Shown: positions 52,819-64,000, numbered from the stretch's first letter. The stretch: 64,000 nucleotides of DNA from Octopus sinensis (GCF_006345805.1 NC_043013.1:9238001-9302000), one strand, 5' to 3'. Notes: generated by a model from the sequence alone, not told the origin. Numbers and translations are program-made.

Positions 52819-53048
52819 ACAATTGCAGCATGGAAGGTGTTTATAAGCCATTTAAGAAACACACAGAAACCGTTAGATTCACTTCAACATTTGAATTTAA
52901 TTTACAGCATGGAATTTTGTCAGTGAACAGGTCACGGTCTCAAAGCGACAAAAATATTTTGGCAAATTAAATTCAAATGTTGAAGTGTATCTAACGATTC
53001 TTGTGTGTTTCTTAAATGGCTTATAAACACCTTCCACGCTGAAATTGT
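52819..53048. mobile_element. 85-bp inverted repeat enclosing a hammerhead-like motif (Penelope-like terminal repeat)
   Basis: Arms 52819-52903 and 52964-53048 are reverse complements with few mismatches; 60-bp spacer. Confidence 0.75.
52916..52966 (+). ncRNA. Hammerhead-like fold with G3-C8 core variant (this copy probably inactivated)
   Basis: UUUGUCA-GUGAACA-G-GUCAC-(9 nt)-GCGAC-AAA-AAUAUU-U-UGGCAAA: 7-bp helix I, helix II, palindromic helix III and a UUU triplet. G12 and one helix II G appear as A. Confidence 0.5.
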
Positions 53049-53054
53049 CTACCT

Positions 53055-53950
53055 TATTTATAATAGGAAAAACAAAGGAAGAAGTACAAACATGACATGA
53101 AGAAGAATTACACAAGAAGGGACTACATAATCAATTCCATGTAGCCACAATAGAAGTGGCTGGAAAAATAGTTGGGATTGGCTGATGAAAGGAATCCTAA
53201 AAAAAGAGACTGAGAGCACTATACTGACAGCGCAGAACCAAGCTCTAGCTACGAACTGGAGGGTCAACCTGAGGAATGAGCAAGTGTCTCTGTTATACCT
53301 CATCTGCAATAGAGTGGATGAAACTATTGCTTGTATCATGAACAAATGCTCTAGACTTGCTCAAAACCACTACAAGTTGTGGTGACACAACCAGGTAGTG
53401 AAAGTGCTACATTGGAAACTGTGCGAAAAGTTGGGGCTTGAGAGAGGCAAGACATGGTATGAGTACAAACCACAGGGGGTGGCGGAGTCAGAGACTAACA
53501 AAATCTTCTGGGATTTCTCAATCCATACAGATCAGGTGTTAGATCATAACAGACTGGAGCTAGTGGTGGTGGACAAGGTGCACCACAAATGCTATATAGT
53601 TGATGTTACATGCCCCTTTGACCCATGAATAGTCAAGAAGGAAGGCGAAAAGATAGATAGATACAACCCTCTTAAGTACAAAATAGCCAAGCTATGGAAA
53701 ATGAAGAAGGTGAAGATAGTGCTGATTATTGTTGGGTCCTTGGGAACAGTATGAGAAGGCATCAAGAGGAATATAAATGAAATTGGAATGGAGTGCCCTG
53801 TAGAACAGTTATAAAAGATTTGCCTCCTTGGCATGGCCAGAATAATCAGGAAAGTATTAGATAACTGGATAGAATGGTACTATAGGCTGCAGGTGGTAAG
53901 CCTGCTATACATGCAAGACTCCAGAAATTTCAACAAAACCTGTGATAAAG
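53055..53950 (+). mobile_element. R4/Dong-clade retrotransposon 3' fragment (zinc knuckle plus RLE); related fragment at 52055-52150
   Basis: WDWLMKGILKKETESTILTAQNQALATN...ETIACIMNKC..HNQVVKVLHWKLC...IFWDFSIHTDQVLDHNRLELVVVD...IVDVTCPFD...EKIDRYNPLK...LLGMARIIRKVLD, with several stops. Confidence 0.85.
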
Positions 53951-54477
53951 AGAAAATAATAATTACTCTTTCTACGAAAGGCACAAAGCCTGAATTTTGG
54001 GGGTAGGGGAATAGTAGATTACATTGACCCAAGTGTTTCACTGGTACTTAATTTATCGACCATGAGAGGATGAAAGGCAAAGTCAGCCCTGGCGGAATTT
54101 GAACTCAGAATGTGAAAACAGATGAAATGTCACAAAGCATTTCACCCAACATGCTAACGATTCTGCCAGCGAGCGGAATGGGTTACTCGACCAGAAGAAA
54201 ATTCTAACTGGGCCCCACCTGCAAGGTCATGTGCTGTTTATCTTGATATGAGATCACCATGTCGTGCACATATGGTTGTGATGCATGTGCCTAGTGTACC
54301 CTTATCAGACAGGTAGTCATGATGAGTATACAGGGCTTCGTATACTTTACCCCAGTGTCACTTTGATGGCATGCACTGCTCTCTCACTCAATAATAATAA
54401 TAATAATAATAATGATAATAATGGTTTCAAATTTTTCCACAAGAGCAGCAATTTTGGGGGAGATGATGAGTTGATTA

Positions 54478-56272
54478 AATAATAATAATAATAATTGTGT
54501 ACAGTGCTCAGGTGCACTACAACTCATCTAAAGTGTATATATAATCAGGTGTAGTTTCGGCGGATTTCGGAAAGCATGAGGGCCTTAAAAGATGCAGTGT
54601 CATGGCAGTCAACAACTGACGCAGGCAGTTTATTCCATGCTTCAGCAACTCTGAGCGTGAAAAATGTTTCCGAAAGTCATGAGAGCTGTATTGTTTTCTG
54701 ACTTTGTAGGCATGTCCACGTGTGTTAGACACATGGAGATCAAAAAGGTGTTCAGTGTTGTTGTTGGTGAGGTGGTTGATAACTTTGTGGGTGTTTACCA
54801 AGTCCGTCGCCAGACGCCGGAGCTACAGTGAATCCATGCCCAGGGAAACAAGGCGCTCAGAATATGGTAGGTGTCTGATGGAGGGTATGCGTTTGGTTGC
54901 ACGTCTCTGGACAGATTCCAGGAGGTCAATGTTCTGTGCAAGATAGGGGTTCCAAACTGATGATGCAAATTCCAAGTGTGGTCGTACCATAGCTGTATAC
55001 AGTTTTAAATAGATGGCTGGAGAGCGGCTAACAAAAGACTTGCTGAGTGATGCCAAGACACCCTCGGCCTTCCTGACAATCTTAGAGATATGCTTTGTCC
55101 AACGCAAATCACTGCTGACAGTGATACCTAGGTCACGCTCGCAAGAGGATTTCTTGATATCAGTGTTGTGGAGGGAGTATGTGAACGCAGGGTTTTTTTC
55201 TCCAAAATGCATGGTGGTACACTTGTCCACAGCCAGTTTCAGTTGCCAGTCTGTGATCCATTGCTGCATTGTGTCTAGGTCTGATTGCAGGAAAGAGTTG
55301 TAGACATCAGGATCTGTCCTCTTGATTTCAAGGTACAGCTTGATGTCGTCTGCATATTTCAATACTGTGGCATTCTTTAAATTGGCATCTATGTCGTTAA
55401 TGTATGCCACAAACAAGAGGGGACCAAGGACAGATCCCTGTGGTACACCCGATGACATCTCATATGGTGTAGAGTGCTGTCCTAGAACTGTGACAACCTC
55501 CTTTCGGCTGAGGATGAAGGATTTCAACCAGTTAAAAAGGTCATCCCCCACACCCATTGCAGAGAGTTTCACTATAAGCCTTTTGTGTGGCACAGAGTTG
55601 AAAGCCTTAGCAAAGTCAAGGTAGACAACATCCACCCATGAGCCACTGTCAGTAATCTGAGTAATGTCCTCAAGGAACTCGACAAGCTGGTCACTGCAGC
55701 TGGAGTTAGGGACAAATCCATATTGTGAGGGTCGGATGAGACTGTGAGAGCTCCAGAAGTTCCAGAGTGTTTCTCTGACACACGATTCCATCAGTTTTGC
55801 AATACAGCTAGTGAGACTGACTGGGCGATAGTTGACAGGTGATGTGCGGTCACCCTTTTTGAACAGAGGAATGACACTGGCAGTTTTCCACTGCTCCGGA
55901 GTAGCACCATTGTTGAGACAGTACTGGAAGAAAATAGAAAGCTGGTGTAAAAGGAAGTGCCTGCCACGTTTGAGAAGCAGGTATGTAACTCCATCGAGAC
56001 CAGGGGAGGCATAGTTGCGCTTATTTTGAAGGTGACGTCGCAGCATTGCAGGTGTAAATTCCATAGTTGTTATGGAGTTTGCTGTTAGTGATGGTGAAGA
56101 TGGTACATCTTGACTTTCAACAGTGAATATGTTTGCATAGCACTCGGCAATGAGTTCTGCGCATTCCTTGGGGTCGTCAGTGATCTGGTTTGTGTGAGGG
56201 TTGCGAAGAGGGCCCACTGGAGAGTGAGGTCTCTGCTTTGAGTGCACATATTTCCAGAAAACCTTACTGTCG
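54478..56272 (-). mobile_element. 5'-truncated CR1 LINE (RT domain) inserted into a SINE
   Basis: NYRPVSLTS, QYGF, YLDFAKAFNSV, SGVPQGSVLGPLLF and YADD motifs. One nonsense codon at 54823-54825 where other copies encode K. (TAA)n tail at 54478-54494. Confidence 0.95.
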
Positions 56273-56885
56273 ACCCCAGTGTTCAACTAGTACTTATTTT
56301 ATTGACCTCGAAAGAATGAAAGGCAAAATTGACCTTGGCAGAATTTGAACTCAGAATGTGGCAATGGTTGAAATACTGCTAAGCATTTTGTCCAGTGTGC
56401 TAATGATTCTGGCAGCTTGCCACCTTGATAATAATCCTTTCTGCTATAGACATAAGACCTGAAATTTGTGGGAGGGGACTAGTTGATTAGATTGACCCCA
56501 GTGTTTCACTGGTGCTTAATTTATTGACCCTGAAAGAAGGAAAGGCAAAGTTGACCATGGTGGAATTTGAACTCAGAAAGTAGTGACGGGCGAAATACAA
56601 CTAAGCATTTCATCCAGCGTGATAACAATCCTACCTGCTTGTCTCCTTTGCCACCTTGATAATAATAATCTTTTCTGCTCTAGGCATAAAGGCCCAAAAT
56701 TTTGAGGGAGGGGGCCAGTTGATTAGATTGACCCCAGTACAGAACTGGTACTTAATTTATCGACCCTGAAAGGATGAAAGGCAAAGTTGACCTAGGTGGA
56801 ATTTGAACTCAGAACATAGTGATGGGTGAAATACCACTAAGCATATCATTCAGTGTGCTAACGACTCTGCCAGCTTTGCCACCTT
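56270..56885 (-). mobile_element. Head-to-tail array of three Nin/Deu-type SINEs
   Basis: The junction ccaccttgataataat recurs at 56420, 56651 and 56879. Confidence 0.85.
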
Positions 56886-56894
56886 GATAATAAT

Positions 56895-57264
56895 GGATGG
56901 AAGCACTCCGTCGGTTACGACGACGAGGGTTCCGGTTGAATCGATCAACGGAACAGCCTGCTCATGAAATTAACGTGTAAGTGGCTGAGCACTCCACAGA
57001 CACGTGTACCCTTAACATAGTTCTCGGGGATATTCAGCGTGACACAGAGAGTGACAAGGCTGACCCTTTGAAATACAGGTACAACAGAAACAGGAAGTAA
57101 GAGTGAGAGAAAGTTGTGGTGAAAGAGTACAGCCGGGATCACCACCATCCCTGCCGGAGCCTCATGGAGCTTTAGGTGTTTTCGCTCAATAAACACTCAC
57201 AACGCCCGGTCTGGGAATCGAAACCGCGAGTCCGCTGCCCTAACCACTGGGCCATTGCACCTCC
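56895..57264 (-). mobile_element. tRNA-derived SINE, full length, with 14-16-bp TSD (partial copies 42560-42720, 48760-48970)
   Basis: accttgataataat at 56881-56894 and 57265-57278. Head shared with the 19417 copy. Confidence 0.8.
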
Positions 57265-57811
57265 ACCTTGATAATAATAATAATGAGCTTATTGTATAAC
57301 AATGCTCAGGAGCACTGCAACATGTCAGAGTAGCGTAAAAGAGGAAACAGAAAGTAACATTAAGACAAATAAAAATAATGATAGCTAAAATACATGCACA
57401 ATTAACAGGATATAACAACAAAAAGACCCAAAAGTGAAGAGTAAAAGAGCCATAAAGAGGTCCTAAGTCGATCTGTTTTCAATCATGTTCTTACTTGTTT
57501 TTAACTAGTTACTGACGTTTACTATAAACTTAGAATACTTATTAATTAAGCACTGTTCATTGACATGACACATCTTAAACTAATGTGTGTGCTTATCACC
57601 TCCCCACATTGCCATGTTGAAGGGTCAATGCTAATAACATTAAGAAGATGGTCATAGCAAGAATATTTAATTGGGAGTTGTTTTTAGATTTTAGTATTTA
57701 CACCAGATTGTATATTTAGACAATTGTTTGTCTTTCCATTATAACCTTTCTTAGTAATAAAGCTGAAACAATAAAAAAACATTTTTAAATGAAAAGAAAA
57801 CCCATAATCGA

Positions 57812-58538
57812 CAGCGATTTGTGTTGGACAAAACACACTGCTAAAATTGCCAAGAAGGCTGAGGGTGTTTTGGTATCACTTACCAAAACCTTTGTGAGCT
57901 GCTCTCTGGCTATCTATCTGAGGCTTTATATAGCTATGGTGCAGCCTCACCTGGAATTTGCATCACCGGTCTGGAACCCCTATCTTGCAGAGGATATTAA
58001 TCATCTGGAAACCGTTCAGTGACGTGCAACCAAGAGAATACCCTCCATCAGGCATTTGTTAAATTCTGAATGCCTTACTTCCCTGGGCATGGAAACATTG
58101 AAACTCCAACGTCTGGCAGCTGACTTGGCAGACACCCATAAAATTATTAACCATCTTACAAACAATAACTCTGAGCACCTTTTCAAACTCCACCTGTCTA
58201 ACACCCGTGGACATGTTTACAAAGTCAGAAAACAGCACAGCTCCCATGACTTTCGGAAACATTTTTTCCTGCTAAGAGTTGCTGAAGCATGGAACAAACT
58301 GTCGGCATCAATTGTTAGTTGTCGGAGCACTGCATCCTTCAAAACTTCCATGCTTCCTGAGATTTGCCAACACTACACCTGATTTCTCCCCTCCATACAC
58401 ACGCAAGCATGTATCTGACTCATACACTGTTCGCTTTCCAGACATTTGTACATTACTGCATATGCTTTATATGCACATTTGACATGTGGTGCACCTGAGC
58501 ACTGTATACAATAATTTCATTATTATTATTATTATTAT
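57812..58538 (+). mobile_element. CR1 3' fragment (RT C-terminus, 3' UTR, tail)
   Basis: SDLCWTKHTAKIAKKAEGVL...QPHLEFASPVWNPY...ETVQ*RATKRIP; (TTA)n tail. Confidence 0.92.
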
Positions 58539-61178
58539 AAATGCCTCAAAATATTTTGTTTCATCTCACAACATTCTGAGCATAGGATTTGAACTTACAA
58601 TGTCACCCTTACCTTTCATTTCACTTGGCTCACTACAATAAGCACCAATGGGCTCAAATGATCTATTCACTCTGTTTGACCAAAGACATGCTTCCCGCTT
58701 AGTTTTGAGAATTTAGCATTAAAACCTTTTCTAGATTTCTCAGCAACAATAAATGTTTTACATGGTCTGTTTTAGTGTTTTCTGTTGGTGAGTTCAAATA
58801 ATGTAAGAATCATCTTTTTTGAAGGTCATAAATAGTACTTCTAAGATATCAGAGCTGATATATTTGATTACAAAATGTCCCATACAAAAAGTTTGGCCTT
58901 ATGCTTGCATAAAAGAAATTATTGCTACACTCATTTCTAAAAGAAAGTGGTGTTGGCCCAATACAAACCCAATTTTACCTTTGGGGACAGGTGGGCCTTA
59001 TTACTCTGACCTCTGTCCAGTATGGGAGATCCTACCAGGTGTTTGTGCTTGGTTGGCATGATTCTCTGGGTCATTGAGGCACATAAGCCATTACACACCA
59101 ATAAGGACTGGGCCTTGTTGTGGACACTAACCTTTACGCTTACTCCTTCCATCTCAGACAGTCAACTCTTGGGAATATCCTCACAGCCCATGAACATTAA
59201 CTACATCGAACTGGGAGGAGTTATGAAGGCCATGGGCGCAGATACTTTTCCAAAACCAAATCACAAAAAAAAAGAAAAAAAGAAAAAAAGAAAGCATAAT
59301 ATAATTAATGAAAATTAAAGAGAATTAACACTTTTTGGTTTGGAAATCGAACCAAAACGAACTATTCAATTTTTGGAGTCGACTCGATTTTTTTTTCTGG
59401 TGTTAATTTAATCGTCCACTGTCTTCCCAAAGCTTAAAAACCTCCTTTGGACAGCGAAGGAATTAACGGTATAATGCTGAATAAAATACATAACTGCATT
59501 TAATTACGTCCCTTTACATCCTGAGTTCAAATCCTGCCAGACATGGTTTTTGCTTTTTATCTTTTTAGGGTCGATAAAATAAGTACCCGTGAAGTAGCGA
59601 GGGCGATTCTACACTCATCTCCCAACAAAAATTTCTTACCTTGAGCCAAAGTTACAGATTAACAAACGTTAATATTGTAATGCATATTGATTTTATTTTC
59701 CCCGCAGTTCGGACACCCACCTATTTTCGTTGATATGAGAACATATATATATACAGATATATAATTTTTGGATATGATACCTGGCACTATAAACATCCTG
59801 ATGTTAATCCTAATATCGACTACAGGAGAAGAGGAAAGTAGGAAAAAAAAAACAAAAGATAAAAAATAAAAACAAAACATGATAAAACAAACAAACAAAC
59901 TGGACATTTTGTAATAATAAAGAATCGTCTCTAAATCAAAAGAGAGGAAATGTCAAGGGAAATCTAGATTATGATTCCGCGATCGAAAAAAAAAAAACCT
60001 ATCGTTTCTGTTGGCATTACATTTTAAGTAGCAATAAATATGAGAGCTTGGACACATTCGTTAAAGGATTTTCGTTTCTTTTTCTTTCATTTAAATGTCA
60101 AGATCTTTATCATGAAGACATAACGATAACCATCTACTAAAACCAATAAATAAATTTCATAGGATATACATTTTTAAAGCAAATACCATCTATTCTGCGG
60201 CAGAGAGCTTCATCTTCTCCATCTTTCTCTTCAGAATCGTAGCAATCATTTGTTTGTATGTATGTGTGTGTGTGCGCGCGTGTGTATGTATGTGTGTGTG
60301 CGTGTGTATGTGTGTGTTGGAATGCATCTCCCACCCTTCCTGGGAATGCCGCGTGTGTCTGTTTAGGTTATCTACGAATGAAATTTCGATGAAGTTCTAA
60401 TAGATTTGTACAATACATCTTGCATCAGTTTTGGACAATGTGTATCCTAGCTTTTTTTCTGATAAAAGCGACCGACCACCCATCCACTTAATTTATAGTG
60501 TAAATACTTGAGTGTTCCATAAATGCTTCTATGACCCTTATCGTAATTCACACGAATCGATGTCTCGACTAGAACTAGCAGCCGAACCTTCCCCCAAATT
60601 AAGCGTCACTTTTTTTAAAAAATAAAGACATGTTAGATCATTTAGTGCTAGATAACCAACGAAAAATGAGTAGTCATGGCTGGAATTACATTGATCACAG
60701 CTCTTTGTAATCTAGGTTGATATTCTAAAGCTAAGTAGCAACGATGATGTAATTGGCAGGTAGGATTTGTATAAAGGCTTATAGAAAACCGGAGTGGATG
60801 ATATCACAAAGGGGTGATGTTAACATTTGTATTTACGTATGGAATTAATCTGATGGTAAGGAGTCAGTTTAAATTTAAATCAAGAGGTTACGCACTAGGA
60901 TACGATCAGGTAAACAAAATATATAAAAGAGGTGTGTAGGACAATGAAAGGGTGAGAGTACTGACGGAATATTACAGACTCTGTGATGAGATCGACAGCT
61001 ATTTAAATGGAATTAAGATATGCACCGATATGTAGCAGTGATATTTGTTTAAAATAGAGAAATAGAAATATATTTTGGAGCGTAAATGGGGCTGTTTCAG
61101 TTTATGAAAACGCGCGATGTTCCACAGATTCATTTAAAGGGAAAAAATGTAAACATTTTGTTGGAAGTAAGCAGACAG

Positions 61179-61211
61179 GCGGAAGTCGAGGGAAACCGGA
61201 AGTTGACGTAA
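61179..61211 (+). promoter_or_regulatory. ETS (GABP/ELK-type) sites plus adjacent CRE-like site
   Basis: GCGGAAGT (61179-61186) and CCGGAAGT (61196-61203), the latter directly followed by TGACGTAA (61204-61211), in a CpG-rich patch of otherwise AT-rich DNA. Confidence 0.55.
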
Positions 61212-61589
61212 CATTGCAGCGTCGAACTATGAAAAATTATTTAAAAATTAAAAAAAAAAGATTAATATTAAACTAATTTCAGTCTATAATATGATTAACC
61301 AAACATAATAGACTACAATGTCCTTAGTTATATGATAGTGAATATTATCTTTGTAGGGAATATGATTTATAAAATATAAGTTATACAATCTATTTACAAA
61401 AAAAAAAAAAAGGGTTTTTTTTAATTTCTAAAACTAGATTTAGTGATAAAAAAATATTACAGCTTATTAAGGAAAAGAAAATATTTATATTTTGTCGTAT
61501 ATCTTTAATTTTAATTACTGTCAGATCAGGAAATTGTGTCTAACCTTATTCACTGCGTATCTACAGCAGAAGTTAGATTCCACGTAAAC

Positions 61590-61610
61590 ATGGTCGACTC
61601 TACAATTCTT
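61590..61610 (+). CDS. Candidate first coding exon of an unidentified gene (MVDSTIL)
   Basis: Strong Kozak context gtaAACATGG. 21 nt in frame, followed immediately by GTAAGT (phase 0). ETS/CRE promoter motifs lie about 380 nt upstream. Confidence 0.55.
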
Positions 61611-61764
61611 GTAAGTTATTCATATATATAAATATACGTTTATATTTGTGTGTATACACACGTATACATGTATTTATATGTTGATTATGTCTTTAAAAAA
61701 ACACTTTCGCTATTAGTATTGTTATTTTAGGTGTTTTAATTTTAGTATGATTAATATTTTGTTG

Positions 61765-61974
61765 GGTACGACTAGCGGACAGTGGTCCCGGTGCGCGCAC
61801 TCGCGCATCTGCGCTAGCTAGTCGTAAGTAGTCGATCCTACAGCGACATTTTAACCCTAACGCTAACCCTAGTTTGTTTATAAAAATTATTTAGTTTTAA
61901 AAATTGTAGGATCCACTACTTACGACTAGCTAGCGCGAGTGCGCGCACCGGGACCACTGTTCGCTAGTAGTTCC
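61765..61974. mobile_element. GC-rich MITE with 70-78-bp TIRs, Merlin-like
   Basis: GG...CC termini; arms 61765-61842 and 61905-61974; 8-bp TSD ttttgttg / gtttgttg with one mismatch. Confidence 0.75.
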
Positions 61975-62664
61975 GTTTGTTGTTTATTCTGCCGATGCGG
62001 TTCGTAAGAAAAAAATGACTAAGGAAAGATATTTCCAAATATTTTGATAATCACGAAGAATAACAAATATTTATAACTTTATCAGTGTTTAATAAGAACT
62101 CCTAAATTACAAATCTAAAGCGAAGTAATAATAATAGATAATAGAAATGTCTAGAAGAATATTTTCTTCTAAGGAAGGCGTGCATGTCCGAACCGTATCC
62201 AATTTATTCACTAGACAAATAAATTAATTAAATCTTCGCGCTTTCATACCTGTGATCTTATGTTATAACTTTGGACTGAAACTAGAGAATTATATATATA
62301 TTATATAATATTTGTTACACTCACTACTTCGATGGAGTTTTGACTTGGTTCTTCTTCTCTAATGGGTGAATTAAAGGAAGCGGCTTTGGTAAGTTGTCGA
62401 AACTTCCTTGAAAGGTGTAAAAGTGGGTAATAAATAATATATCACCGATTATGTTTGTGGGACTCATTGATCTGACAGTTGGTGGTCATTTCCTCGGGAA
62501 ATACTTTGATAAGTTCCTGTTTAACCCTAAGTCGGCTCTGATCGAGCAGATATATGATCACAGTCATTCCAGGTGTGGCCACGTGGATTATTTTCTGGGT
62601 TTAGTCAACCTTGAGCAACGATATCTAATGTGTATCATCCTTTTTTTTTTTTTTTTTTCACAAG

Positions 62665-62731
62665 GAGATGCCGCTTGTATTTCGATTACACAGGGACTCG
62701 TCTGTTCGACACAGAACAGTAATATTCTTAG
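62665..62731 (+). CDS. Possible second exon of the gene starting at 61590
   Basis: Long poly-T tract plus cacaag|G acceptor and TAG|gtaaac donor. Phase 0 is open (EMPLVFRLHRDSSVRHRTVIFL). Adjacent to a repeat, so it may be fortuitous. Confidence 0.25.
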
Positions 62732-62829
62732 GTAAACAATGCCCATCTCATGGTACATTTGTCAAAAGTGACAGGCTGCGAGGGACTTTGGGAGAAAAAA
62801 AAAAAAAATAAAGGAAAATAGCCTCCATG

Positions 62830-63150
62830 CAATCATCATCATCGTTTAACGTCCGCTTTCCATGCTGGCATGGTTTGGACGGTTTGACTGAGGACTGGCA
62901 AGCCAGAAGGCTGCACCAAGCTCCAATCTGATCTGGCAAAGTTTCTACAGCTGGATGCCCTTCCTAATGCCAACCACTCTGAGAGTGTAGTGGGTGCTTT
63001 TTACGTGCCACCAGCACGAGGGCCAGTGAGGTGGTACTGGCATCGACCATGCTCAAATGGTACTTTTTACGTGCCACCAGCGCAGGAGCAAGTCAGGTGG
63101 TACTGGCAACGACCATGCTTGAATAGTACTTTTTACATGCCACCGGTACG
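62830..63150 (-). mobile_element. RTE 3' tail copy (others near 19875-20200, 23110-23370, 27000-27310, 40910-41085, 42950-43260, 47270-47545, 47790-48062)
   Basis: Matches 45100-45455 (ttaggaagggcatccagc...aacccatgc.agcatggaa..cggac..taaa(gat)n). Confidence 0.8.
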
Positions 63151-63498
63151 GGATATAACATGCTTATTGCATAAAGTACTTGGGTGCATCAGGAATTGGT
63201 AAAAGACAAACACAGAAAGTAGCAATGAGTAAAGAAAGACAACAATAATTGCCAAGAGCAGATGCACAGTGCACTAAATGAACACAAAAGATAGGAAAGT
63301 GCACAGTTGTAGAACCATTAAGATGAAATTACATATGCATAGGAGTGGCTGTGTGGTAAGTAGCTTACTTACGAACCACATGGTTCCGGGTTCAGTCCCA
63401 CTGCATGGCACCTTGGGCAAGTGTCTTCTACTATGGCCTCGGGCCGACCAAAGCCTTGTGAGTGGATTTGGTAGACGGAAACTGAAAGAAGCCCGTCG

Positions 63499-63529
<31 letters not shown>

Positions 63530-64000
63530 GTGTGTGTGTGTGTGTATATGTTTGTGTGCCTGTGTTTGTCCCCCCTAACATCGCTTGACAACCGATGCTG
63601 GTGTGTTTATGTCCCCGTAACTTAGCAGTTCGGCAAAAGAGACCGATAGAATAAGTACTAGGCTTACAAAGAATAAGTCCTGGGGTCGATTTGCTTGACT
63701 AAAAGGCGGTGCTCCAGCATGGCCACAGTCAAATGACTGAAACAAGTAAAAGAGTAAAAGAGAGAGTATGCAGGTCAACAGTAGTGTTGGCAAATTTTGG
63801 AAAGTATGGAGTTTTTGGTGTCCTGAAAGCTAACAACTGACATGGTAGTTTATTCCATGCTTTGTCAATTCTGAGCATATAAAAATTTTGATAAATAGTT
63901 TACAAACATTTTATCAGAATCTACCTGAAAGTAAAATTTATAAGTAACTTACACTCTAATGCCAATAGGCGCAGGCGTGGCTGTGTGGTAAGAAGTTTGC

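Noticed and set aside
56270-56286. Start codon of the 487-aa ORF as the start of a host gene
   Set aside because: The first residues come from the adjacent SINE; the ORF is a truncated CR1 reverse transcriptase.
60137-60334. Minus-strand ORF with an acidic stretch (DCYDSEEKDGEDEALCRRID)
   Set aside because: Starts within a (CA)n microsatellite at a GTG, has no acceptor, and the acidic bias reflects a CT-rich tract.
61852-61871. Interstitial telomeric repeat
   Set aside because: Only about 3 imperfect units, inside a MITE spacer; not a telomere-fusion signature.

Overview
AT-rich, repeat-dense animal genomic DNA. The SINE and LINE families and the long (TA)n/(GAT)n/(AAT)n microsatellites look like an octopus (coleoid cephalopod) genome; this is inference, not a database result. 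One complete protein-coding gene is clear: a dithiol glutaredoxin (CPFC, 106 aa) on the + strand, in two coding exons (12801-13022 and 32671-32769) separated by a 19,648-nt intron. A second, unidentified + strand gene probably starts at 61590 (micro first exon MVDSTIL, then GTAAGT), downstream of an ETS/CRE-type promoter. Almost everything else is mobile DNA: 5'-truncated RTE, CR1, Tx1 and R4/Dong-type LINEs, several tRNA-derived SINE families, hAT-, piggyBac-, pogo/Tc2- and Merlin-like MITEs (often nested), and Penelope-like terminal repeats. Most ORFs in the supplied track are microsatellite artefacts. The most unusual signals are: (1) hammerhead-ribozyme folds inside Penelope-like repeats, one with a reciprocal G3-C8 swap of the catalytic-core base pair; (2) a young RTE whose reverse transcriptase ORF carries a complete C4HC3 PHD finger; (3) R4/Dong fragments sitting in (TAA)n tracts; (4) long fold-back hairpins inside the glutaredoxin intron; (5) candidate antisense micro-exons.
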